Positions 1 through 7,780 of a stretch of DNA of 35,666 bases are shown one piece after another. The notes under the pieces are model-generated. The model was not told the DNA's origin. It saw only the letters and a program-made list of their open reading frames with translations, and did no database searches. How positions within the stretch are numbered: the first letter of the stretch is position 1; each line of letters begins with the position of its first letter. The position numbers and the translations under genes are program-made. Source of the stretch: Acidobacteriaceae bacterium (GTDB lineage Bacteria > Acidobacteriota > Terriglobia > Terriglobales > Acidobacteriaceae); contig JBAUZR010000636.1 of the NCBI GenBank assembly GCA_049585375.1, positions 1 through 35,666 on the forward strand, in the 5' to 3' direction.

Positions 1-1311
<1,311 letters not shown>

Positions 1312-1320
1312 TCACCTCAT

Positions 1321-1445
1321 TCAGCCTTAAATCGGATTGCGGTGGGAAAATTGCAGCGAGTCTTTCTGGATTATAAATCTCAGCGCCGGAATGCCCGATT
1401 CCGGAAGGCTATGCCTGGCGCAGGTCGGCGCACCCGCCGGCCCTG
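1321..1445 (-). promoter_or_regulatory. Candidate TPP (THI-box) riboswitch in the thiC leader; only the 5' half matches the consensus I know
   Basis: The minus-strand RNA has GGGUGC (1435..1430). A helix GCGCCG/CGGCGC encloses a long insert that includes the CCGGAAU..AUUCCGG hairpin. CUGAGA follows at 1383..1378. An AGGUGA SD and the GTG start lie downstream. I could not find the expected ACCC / CCUGAUCUGG..UAAU..CCAGCG..AGGGA half. Confidence 0.45.
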
Positions 1446-1514
1446 ACCTGCGAGCAGAGAAAGCCACATCTGTGTAGAACAAAGACAACTTCATTTTCCC
1501 GAGAGGAGAGAATC

Positions 1515-1934
1515 ATGGCGGGTAAGGCATTGGGTGTTTCCCTGGAAGAGGCGCGGCGGGCGATTCGTGCCGGGCAGGAGAAGGCGAACGAGATCGGTCA
1601 GCCCATGAACATTGCGGTTGTAGACGCGGGAGCGAACCTGGTCGCCTTTGAGCGCCAGGAGGGCGCCTGGCTGGGCAGCATCGACATCTCCATCAACAAG
1701 GCCTTTACCGCGCGCGCCTTCGACATCGAAACCAAAGCGCTGGGCGAGAACTCGCAGAGCGGCGACCAGTTTTTCGGTATCCACGTCTCCAACCACGGCC
1801 GCGTGATGGTCTTTGCCGGCGGCGTTCCCCTCAGGCGCGGGGGCGAGGTTGTCGGCGCCGTCGGGGTGAGCGGCGGGTCGGGAAAGCAGGATCAGACCGT
1901 GGCCGAAGCAGCGGCAGGCGCCTTCGGGAAGTAG
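1515..1934 (+). CDS. GlcG/HbpS-like heme-binding protein (DUF336 family)
   Basis: 139 aa. NIAVVDAGANLVAFERQEGAWLGSIDISINKAFTARAF ... GGVPL..GGEVVGAVGVSGGSGKQD is typical of DUF336/GlcG. GAGAGGAGAG SD lies upstream of the ATG. Confidence 0.85.
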   Translation: MAGKALGVSLEEARRAIRAGQEKANEIGQPMNIAVVDAGANLVAFERQEGAWLGSIDISINKAFTARAFDIETKALGENSQSGDQFFGIHVSNHGRVMVFAGGVPLRRGGEVVGAVGVSGGSGKQDQTVAEAAAGAFGK

Positions 1935-1939
1935 AGGAA

Positions 1940-2359
1940 TCAGCTCGACGCAAAGGGATTCAGAATCGTCAGGCCATCCACGGTACGAGCTTCCTGCAGG
2001 TCCTCGGTCAGAAGCTGGCGACATCCGGCATGTTTGGCGGTCTGGATGACGAGCGCGTCCCAGAAGGAGAAGCCATGAAGACGATGGAGGTCGATGGCGG
2101 CGAGCACGTCCTCGACCTCCGGCACGACCACCTGGAATTCGGCAAGTAGCTCCACTTTGCGGCGAGCCACGGCCGAATCCACTCGCAGTTTGCGCGTTAC
2201 GGCGACGAAATATTCCTGAAGAATCTGCACGGAGACCACGCCCGTCCCGGCGAGCCGGTGTTCGGCGATCAGATCGAGAGCTCGCCGCTGCTTGGCCGGA
2301 GCCGAGTGATCGTCGGTGTAGACCAGAATGTTGGTGTCGAAAAAGCTACGGACGGTCAT
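1940..2359 (-). CDS. vapC: PIN-domain toxin VapC (type II TA ribonuclease)
   Basis: MTVRSFFDTNILVY...SVQILQEYF...FWDALVIQTAKHAGCRQLLTEDL carries the PIN acidic signature (D..E..D..D). The internal ATG at 2359 is preferred over the 2458 ORF-track start because it overlaps the antitoxin stop by 14 nt. Confidence 0.9.
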   Translation of the reverse strand: MTVRSFFDTNILVYTDDHSAPAKQRRALDLIAEHRLAGTGVVSVQILQEYFVAVTRKLRVDSAVARRKVELLAEFQVVVPEVEDVLAAIDLHRLHGFSFWDALVIQTAKHAGCRQLLTEDLQEARTVDGLTILNPFASS

Positions 2360-2567
2360 GCAGCTCGTTCCGGTCGAACCGCCAGCCACGCGAGTTCCCG
2401 GACCCCGAGAGGCGGCGGAATTCGTCGATGCTGCAGCCTGCGTCGCCGCTGCCGGCAAGCTCCTCCAGATAGTCGCGCACCAGCTGATTCAGGCTCTTGC
2501 CCAGCGCCTCGGCTTTCTTCCGGGCGCGCGAGACGGTCTGTTTATCGACGGAAAGAGTCAGGTTCAC
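2346..2567 (-). CDS. vapB: VapB-type antitoxin (short ribbon-helix-helix-like DNA-binding protein)
   Basis: Small ORF directly upstream of and overlapping vapC: (M)NLTLSVDKQTVSRARKKAEALGKSLNQLVRDYLEELAG... A GTG at 2567 is the likely start. The ATG at 2609 would place the start inside the palindrome. Confidence 0.75.
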   Translation of the reverse strand: MNLTLSVDKQTVSRARKKAEALGKSLNQLVRDYLEELAGSGDAGCSIDEFRRLSGSGNSRGWRFDRNELHDRP

Positions 2568-2582
2568 GATAACACACAGTAT

Positions 2583-2609
2583 ATGTGGACACGGATTCCG
2601 TGTCCACAT
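2583..2609. promoter_or_regulatory. Perfect 12-bp inverted repeat (ATGTGGACACGG-ATT-CCGTGTCCACAT); candidate VapB/VapBC operator in the vapBC / ccmE divergent region
   Basis: Read directly: 2583-2594 is the exact reverse complement of 2598-2609, with a 3-nt spacer. It lies 16 nt upstream of the proposed vapB GTG. Confidence 0.5.
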
Positions 2610-2673
2610 CTCAATTTCGCATCGTGATATTTGTCACATGCTCCTGGCACCCCGTCCTGCTTACAATGGTCAT

Positions 2674-3138
2674 ATGAAAAGCGGCAGCAGCCAGACTGTG
2701 CGGATCGCAGCGGCGGTGGTCATCATCCTGGCGGCGATCTCCTACCTCGCGGTCACCGGCGTGGAAGCGAACAAGAGCTACTACGTCACCATCCAGGAGC
2801 TGCAGTCGATGGGAAACAAGGTCTACACACGGAACCTGCGTGTGGCCGGAAGCGTGGAACCAGGCTCCATCAAACGCGATGGCGCGCATGCCCAGTTTGT
2901 CCTCGTGGAGAACGACCGCAAGCTGCAGGTCGCCTATACCGGCGAGGAGCCGCCCCCGGACACATTCAAAGACAAAAGCCAGGCACTGGCGATCGGTCAC
3001 TACGGTCGCGATGGCGTCTTCCACGCGACGGGGCTGCAGGCCAAATGCGCGTCGAAGTACGCGCCGGCCCAGCAGAAGCCAGGCGCCCCGACTCAGACCG
3101 CGGCCATGACCGTCCCAGCCGCCGGCAAAGGACAGTAA
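2674..3138 (+). CDS. ccmE: Cytochrome c maturation heme chaperone CcmE, Cys-variant (CxxxY in place of HxxxY)
   Basis: MKSGSSQTVRIAAAVVIILAAISYL (N-terminal anchor), then an OB-fold block YYVTIQEL...LRVAGSVEPGSI...FVL...L.V.YTG..PDTFKD..ALAIGHY. The motif LQAKCASKYAP sits where canonical CcmE has LAKHDENYxP. The ATG at 2674 was chosen; the ORF-track start at 2497 is an upstream extension. Confidence 0.9.
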   Translation: MKSGSSQTVRIAAAVVIILAAISYLAVTGVEANKSYYVTIQELQSMGNKVYTRNLRVAGSVEPGSIKRDGAHAQFVLVENDRKLQVAYTGEEPPPDTFKDKSQALAIGHYGRDGVFHATGLQAKCASKYAPAQQKPGAPTQTAAMTVPAAGKGQ

Positions 3139-3226
3139 AGCAGGGATCAGGGTTGAAGGATTAGGGTGTAGGAGACGTAGTCTGCGCCCTCGGGCAACGT
3201 GTGTCTGCAGCCAGGAACGGCAGCGT

Positions 3227-3946
3227 ATGAACGGCATCATCGCGGAGTTCGACGAGGTTTCGAAACTGTACGGCACTTTTGCCGCGTTGCGCAAAGTGTC
3301 GGTCGCCTTCGAGCGCGGCCGCTGCTATCTGGTGCTGGGCGAGAACGGCGCGGGCAAATCCACCCTGCTGCGCACCCTCGCTGGCCTCCTGAAACCCAGC
3401 TACGGCAAAGTAAAAATCTGTGGCCCCGAAGGCCAGGTCGAGGATCCAACCGAGGCCCGCGGACGCATCGGCTACATGAGCCACGCCACCATGTTGTACG
3501 ACGAATTCACCGGCGTGGAAAATCTCGAGTACTTCGCCAGGCTCTATAGTGGACGCGACTGCGTGGCCCCGGCCGAAGCCCTCCGCAGCGTAGGCCTCGA
3601 CCCCGCGCTGCAGCGCCCCGTGGGCCAGTACTCACAGGGAATGAAGCAGCGGGCCTCGCTTGCCCGGGTCCTGATTTCGCGCCCGGAGTTGCTCCTCCTC
3701 GACGAGCCCTTCTCCAATATGGATATCCAGAGCGCCCACCAGATGCTGCGCCTGCTCGACACCTTCCGGACCGAGCACCGCACCATTCTGCTCACTACCC
3801 ATCAGCGCGAGCTGGCCGAGCCGCTCGCGGATTTTGTGCTGACCCTGCGTGCCGGCGCGGTCGCCTCCCTGGAAGGCGGTCCCTATGCCACCTATGGAGC
3901 CGCCGGCCTCGAAGCTCGGCTGACCGCAGTGGGGGCGGCGCGATGA
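3227..3946 (+). CDS. ccmA: ABC transporter ATP-binding protein, CcmA-like heme exporter subunit
   Basis: Walker A GENGAGKSTLL, signature YSQGMKQR, Walker B LLLLDEPFSNMD. It is positioned between ccmE and ccmB. Confidence 0.85.
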   Translation: MNGIIAEFDEVSKLYGTFAALRKVSVAFERGRCYLVLGENGAGKSTLLRTLAGLLKPSYGKVKICGPEGQVEDPTEARGRIGYMSHATMLYDEFTGVENLEYFARLYSGRDCVAPAEALRSVGLDPALQRPVGQYSQGMKQRASLARVLISRPELLLLDEPFSNMDIQSAHQMLRLLDTFRTEHRTILLTTHQRELAEPLADFVLTLRAGAVASLEGGPYATYGAAGLEARLTAVGAAR

Positions 3947-4446
3947 CCAGCGTCCACAAAACCAACGCCGTTCGCTATTTGGAGTCGCTCGGCATCTCGT
4001 ACAAAATTCGCGAGTACCAGGTCGATCCCGAAAAATTCTCGGCGCTCGTCGTGGCGGAGAAAGTCGGCCTCCCAGCCGAGCAGGTCTTCAAGACCCTTCT
4101 CTGCGTCACCTCCGACAAGCAGCACCTCTTCGCTGTGGTCCCCGGCGATGCCGAGCTGGACTTCAAAAAGCTCGCATCCGCCGCCGGCGCGCGTAAAGCG
4201 GAAATGGTCTCCCTCAAAGACGTCCAGCCGCTGACCGGCTACATTCGCGGCGGCGTGACCGTCTTCGGAGCGAAAAAAGATTTCCCCGTCTACGTGGACG
4301 AGACCCTCGAGCTCTTCGACGTGATCTCCGTCTCGGCAGGAACCCGCGGCGTGCAGGTGCTGCTCAGTCCCGCGGATTATCTGCGCGCGTCCAGGGGTAC
4401 GGTCGCGGGCTTAACGAAAGATGCGCGCCAGGAGCGGACCGCATGA
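3943..4446 (+). CDS. ybaK: YbaK/EbsC-family Cys-tRNA(Pro) deacylase
   Basis: 167 aa. TNAVRYLESLGISYKIREY...VFKTLL...LFAVVPGD.ELDFKKLA...YIRGGVTVFG...PVYVDE.L...ISVSAGTRG is typical YbaK. Its start overlaps the ccmA stop (ATGA at 3943-3946). Confidence 0.85.
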   Translation: MTSVHKTNAVRYLESLGISYKIREYQVDPEKFSALVVAEKVGLPAEQVFKTLLCVTSDKQHLFAVVPGDAELDFKKLASAAGARKAEMVSLKDVQPLTGYIRGGVTVFGAKKDFPVYVDETLELFDVISVSAGTRGVQVLLSPADYLRASRGTVAGLTKDARQERTA

Positions 4447-4492
4447 AAGTCCTGCGGACGGCAGCCCCTTCGGGTTCCAGAGAGGAGATCGC

Positions 4493-5164
4493 GTGAAAGC
4501 GAGCTATTTCCTCGTCCATTTGAGCAAAGACCTCCGCCTCGAGTGGCGCTCGAAAGACGCCATCAACTCGATGCTGTTCTTCGCTCTGCTGGTGGTCGTC
4601 CTGTTCAGCCTGGCCTTCGATCCCACCCGCTCGGTGAGCCGCCAAATTGCCGGTGGAATCCTCTGCGTGGCCACAATGTTCGCGGCGGTCAGCGCGCTCA
4701 ATCAGGCATGGGCGCGCGAGCTGCGCAACCAGGTGCTCGACGGCCTGCGCATGACGCCAGCCCCAGGAGCGTCGCTGTTCCTCGGTAAAGCCCTGGCCAA
4801 TTTCATCTTCGTCACCGCTGTCGAGATCGCTCTCGCCCCGGTCTTCATCGTCTTCTACAACCTGCACGCCCTCGGCAATCCGTGGATGCTGGCGCTCGTG
4901 CTCCCCCTCGGAACCTGGTCCCTGATCGTCAACGGCGTGTTCTTTGCCGCGCTCTCCATGCGGACGCGCAATCGCGAGCTGCTGCTCCCGCTGATCCTCT
5001 TCCCCATCTTTATCCCCGCGCTGCTGGGCATGGTCATGTCAGCCACAGCGATCCTCACCGGCGAAGGCGACGCGATCCTCTGGATCAAAATGCTCGCATC
5101 CTACGACATCATCTTCACAACCATCTGCATGCTGCTCTTCGAGGTGGTCCTCCATGCGGAGTAA
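4493..5164 (+). CDS. ccmB: Heme exporter membrane protein CcmB
   Basis: Polytopic membrane protein (VKASYFLVHLSKDLRLEWRSKD...LFFALLVVVLFSLAF...) in ccm context. The GTG at 4493 is preceded by an AGAGGAG SD. The ORF-track start at 4421 overlaps ybaK. Confidence 0.85.
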   Translation: MKASYFLVHLSKDLRLEWRSKDAINSMLFFALLVVVLFSLAFDPTRSVSRQIAGGILCVATMFAAVSALNQAWARELRNQVLDGLRMTPAPGASLFLGKALANFIFVTAVEIALAPVFIVFYNLHALGNPWMLALVLPLGTWSLIVNGVFFAALSMRTRNRELLLPLILFPIFIPALLGMVMSATAILTGEGDAILWIKMLASYDIIFTTICMLLFEVVLHAE

Positions 5165-5183
5165 CCTTCACTGCGCCGCAGAT

Positions 5184-5227
5184 GACGGCCAGTCTTCGCC
5201 GAAGGCGTCCGCCCGGGACGGCCAGTC
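5184..5227. repeat. 11-nt direct repeat GACGGCCAGTC x2 (5184-5194, 5217-5227) in the convergent spacer after ccmB
   Basis: Read directly from the sequence. The spacer contains CTTCG-C-CGAAG. Confidence 0.8.
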
Positions 5228-5228
5228 C

Positions 5229-5441
5229 CTACCAGTGGCCGGTGTGGTGCAGATGCAGAACGTGCGCGGCCGAAAACGCGACGATCCACAGGCCGACCAC
5301 CAGCGAGCCGACAGTGATCACCCAGTTGCGGGCGGGGCGATCCTGGGGGGCAAGCCGCGTGGATTTGCGGACACCGAAAATCTGTCCACCAATGCCGACG
5401 GCCATCAGAAGGGCACCGAGGATGAGTGTGAACCAGGCCAT
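5229..5441 (-). CDS. Hypothetical small two-TM membrane protein with a His-rich C-terminus (HVLHLHHTGHW)
   Basis: 70 aa from the ATG at 5441: MAWFTLILGALLMAVGIGG...NWVITVGSLVVGLWIVAFSAA. There are two hydrophobic helices, third-position GC is high in this frame, and an AAGG lies upstream. No family was recognised. Confidence 0.45.
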   Translation of the reverse strand: MAWFTLILGALLMAVGIGGQIFGVRKSTRLAPQDRPARNWVITVGSLVVGLWIVAFSAAHVLHLHHTGHW

Positions 5442-5543
5442 GGTGTACCTTTGTACCCTATTCAGGATGGATGCGGGAAGAGGCATTGCAGAGCGCCCCG
5501 GAGCAGCATTCCGGGCAGGCCCGCGGCACAGGAGGGCAAACGC

Positions 5544-6068
5544 ATGAAGCTGTTGTGTGGGAAGGCTTTAGTCCTGGGAATCACCTTAGCGCTGGGTGCG
5601 AGCCCGGTGGGGTGGTCGCAGCAGAAGGCCCCGGCAGACAAATCGGCGCCCCAGACGCCGGACACCGACCAGAATTCCATCACGGTGGACGTCGTGGGCC
5701 ACCTGTTTTCTGAGGACCAGGCAAATCTTAGGGACTACTGGGCCGCCCTCGAGAAGCGGACGAACGACACCTGGACCGCTCTGATGCCCGCGTCGGTGCA
5801 GCCGCCGCAATCGGTGGCCGGGACAGTGAGAATTCTGTGTGTGGTGCATACCGACGGAAGCGTATCCGGCATGACGTTCGAGCAGCGGTCCGGGAAGGCC
5901 CCGCTGGATCGCGCAGCCTGGGCTGCAATCCAGCGATCCGTTCCCTACGATGCCTTTCCCTCCGGCATCAGCACCGACCGGGCGAAGGTGCGGTTTACGT
6001 TCTCGTATAACGGCGGTGCCGCGCTCACTCCGCTCGTCAAAGGAGTGCCGAGGCCCGGAATTCACTGA
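5544..6068 (+). CDS. Secreted TonB C-terminal-domain protein
   Basis: Signal peptide MKLLCGKALVLGITLALGASPVGWSQQ. The C-terminal block GTVRILCVVHTDGSVSGMTFEQRSGKAPLDRAAWAAIQRSVPYDAFP resembles TonB_C. GGAGGG SD lies before the ATG at 5544. The ORF-track start at 5154 is an extension. Confidence 0.7.
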   Translation: MKLLCGKALVLGITLALGASPVGWSQQKAPADKSAPQTPDTDQNSITVDVVGHLFSEDQANLRDYWAALEKRTNDTWTALMPASVQPPQSVAGTVRILCVVHTDGSVSGMTFEQRSGKAPLDRAAWAAIQRSVPYDAFPSGISTDRAKVRFTFSYNGGAALTPLVKGVPRPGIH

Positions 6069-6148
6069 CGAAAGGCGCAACCCGCCGCGCTGGAAGCGGG
6101 AGCGGCAAGATTCGAAATGCGATCGGAAGCTGGAAGGGCAGGACGGTT

Positions 6149-6880
6149 ATGAAACTGTGGCGATGGTTATGGCTGGCGGTCACCCTGGGAGTGCTCGCGG
6201 AGGGCTTCCACGTGGCCATGTTCGTGGTGCCTCCGGATGCGGCGCAGGGCAATGTGCAGAGAATCTTCTACTACCACATCCCATCATGGGCCGGGATGGG
6301 GCTGTTCTTTGCCATCAACCTGGGCTGCTCCCTGGTCTACCTGGCGGTGCGCAATCGCAACCATGAGCTGGCGATCAAAGCCGACGCCCTCGCGGTCACT
6401 TCGGCAGAGGTAGGCGTGGTCTTCTGCCTCATCGGCCTGGTCACCGGATCGCTCTGGGGACGCGCCGTTTGGGGCATCTGGTGGACATGGGATGCCCGCC
6501 TCACCTCCACCCTCGTCCTGTGGCTCATCTACGTGGCCTATCTGCTGCTGCGCCGCTTCGCAGCGGGTCCGCAGATGCGTACCCTCGCCGCGGTCATGGC
6601 CATCTTCGGCTATGTGGATGTGCCCATCGTCTATATGTCCACGCGCTGGTGGCGCACCCAGCATCCCGCGCCCGTCTTTGGCGGCGCCCCCGGCTCGGGC
6701 ATTGATCCCAGCATGATGCCGGCGGTCTGGTGGAACCTGGCAGGCTGGATCATGTGGGGCATTTTCGTCGCCAGTCTGCGCTACGTATCGGAATACCGGT
6801 CGCAGAAGGCGGAGCAGGCCGAGGCGCTGCGCGCACTCGACGCTGTGCCCGGCCATCCCCAGATGGCGGGAGGGAGATAA
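6149..6880 (+). CDS. ccmC: Heme exporter/heme lyase component CcmC
   Basis: FYYHIPSW...LVTGSLWGRAVWGIWWTWDARLTSTLVLWLIY carries the W-rich WGxxWxWD motif characteristic of CcmC/CcmF. There are multiple TM segments. Confidence 0.92.
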   Translation: MKLWRWLWLAVTLGVLAEGFHVAMFVVPPDAAQGNVQRIFYYHIPSWAGMGLFFAINLGCSLVYLAVRNRNHELAIKADALAVTSAEVGVVFCLIGLVTGSLWGRAVWGIWWTWDARLTSTLVLWLIYVAYLLLRRFAAGPQMRTLAAVMAIFGYVDVPIVYMSTRWWRTQHPAPVFGGAPGSGIDPSMMPAVWWNLAGWIMWGIFVASLRYVSEYRSQKAEQAEALRALDAVPGHPQMAGGR

Positions 6881-6884
6881 GGCA

Positions 6885-7010
6885 ATGGGCGATATTGGAC
6901 AGCGGCATCTGGTACTGGCCTACGCGGCGACGATTGTCATCCACCTGGTCTACCTCACCTTTGTGGCCGCCAGGTGGCGGGCTGCAAAACGAGCGGAGAA
7001 GCAGGTCTGA
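6885..7010 (+). CDS. ccmD: CcmD-like small membrane protein (41 aa; below the ORF-track cutoff)
   Basis: My own translation: MGDIGQRHLVLAYAATIVIHLVYLTFVAARWRAAKRAEKQV. It has one TM helix followed by a basic tail, starts 5 nt after the ccmC stop, and sits at the usual ccmD position. Confidence 0.6.
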   Translation: MGDIGQRHLVLAYAATIVIHLVYLTFVAARWRAAKRAEKQV

Positions 7011-7069
7011 CGGCGGAACGGCCCTGGCCGACTTTCAGCTTTTCGGGGTGAAACGTTAAACTCGAAAGC

Positions 7070-7672
7070 ATGGTTGGATTGCACAAGTTAGTCGTTGTGG
7101 GAGTCGGTTTTTTGATTGCGCTCGGAGCCCCGGCGCAGGACATTCTCCATCCGAAGGATACTTCGGCGCTCCATCCGCCACCCGGTTCCAAAGTGGCGAT
7201 CGTGGAGTTCGCGGACCTCGAGTGCCCCATGTGCGGGATGGAAAATCCCGTCATCATGCAGGCGGTCGAGAAGTACCACGTCGCCTGGGAGCGGCATGAC
7301 TTTCCCCTGCCCATGCATAACTGGAGTTTCCAGGCGGCAGTGAACGCCCGCTGGTTCGATACAAGATCGAAACAGCTGGGCGACGACTACCGCAACGCGG
7401 TCTTTGCCAACCAGTCCAGCATCGAAACCAAAAGCGATCTACAGAACTTCACCCAGAAGTTTGCCCAGCAGCACGGCACGGCGCTGCCTTTTGTCATGGA
7501 TCCTCAGGGCAAGCTCGCTGCGGAAGTCAAGGAAGACGTGGCGCTCGGCAACCGCATGGGCATCCACGAGACGCCGACTGCCTGGGTGGTGACCGACCAC
7601 GGCTACAAGCAGATCACCGACTTCTCGAAGCTTTACTCCATGCTCGACGAAGCGGAAGCCGAGGCAAAGTAA
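7070..7672 (+). CDS. DsbA-family thiol:disulfide oxidoreductase (thioredoxin fold, CPMC active site), secreted
   Basis: Signal peptide MVGLHKLVVVGVGFLIALGAPAQD. VAIVEFADLECPMCG is the active-site block, and HETPTAWV is the cis-Pro loop region. Confidence 0.85.
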   Translation: MVGLHKLVVVGVGFLIALGAPAQDILHPKDTSALHPPPGSKVAIVEFADLECPMCGMENPVIMQAVEKYHVAWERHDFPLPMHNWSFQAAVNARWFDTRSKQLGDDYRNAVFANQSSIETKSDLQNFTQKFAQQHGTALPFVMDPQGKLAAEVKEDVALGNRMGIHETPTAWVVTDHGYKQITDFSKLYSMLDEAEAEAK

Positions 7673-7718
7673 AGGTCACAGTTGCAGCACCGGGCCTGGG
7701 ACCCGAAAACATCGTGGG

Positions 7719-7748
7719 AGCCTGCACGCCGTGCAGGCTTCTTTTTTC
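7719..7748 (+). terminator. Rho-independent terminator after the dsbA-like gene
   Basis: A 9-bp stem AGCCTGCAC / GTGCAGGCT with loop GCC, followed by TCTTTTTTCC. Confidence 0.75.
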
Positions 7749-7780
7749 CTGAATATGAATCAGCGAATCGAGATGGCGAG

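Noticed and set aside
2359-2458. 33-aa N-terminal extension of vapC (MPAAATQAAAS...). Similar upstream extensions appear on ccmE (2497), ccmB (4421), the TonB_C gene (5154), ptrB (7682), the transaldolase (21888), gmhB (23543) and the MFS (33590).
   Set aside because: The ORF track reports the longest ORFs. The extensions overlap the preceding genes, lack homology-like sequence, and internal starts with SD sequences or stop/start overlaps give family-typical N-termini.
3139-3226. G-run-rich ccmE-ccmA spacer (AGGGATCAGGGTTGAAGGATTAGGGTGTAGGAG), considered as a G-quadruplex or regulatory RNA
   Set aside because: There are only three GGG runs plus GG, so it is not a canonical four-tract G4. It is more simply explained as a purine-rich spacer containing the ccmA ribosome-binding region.
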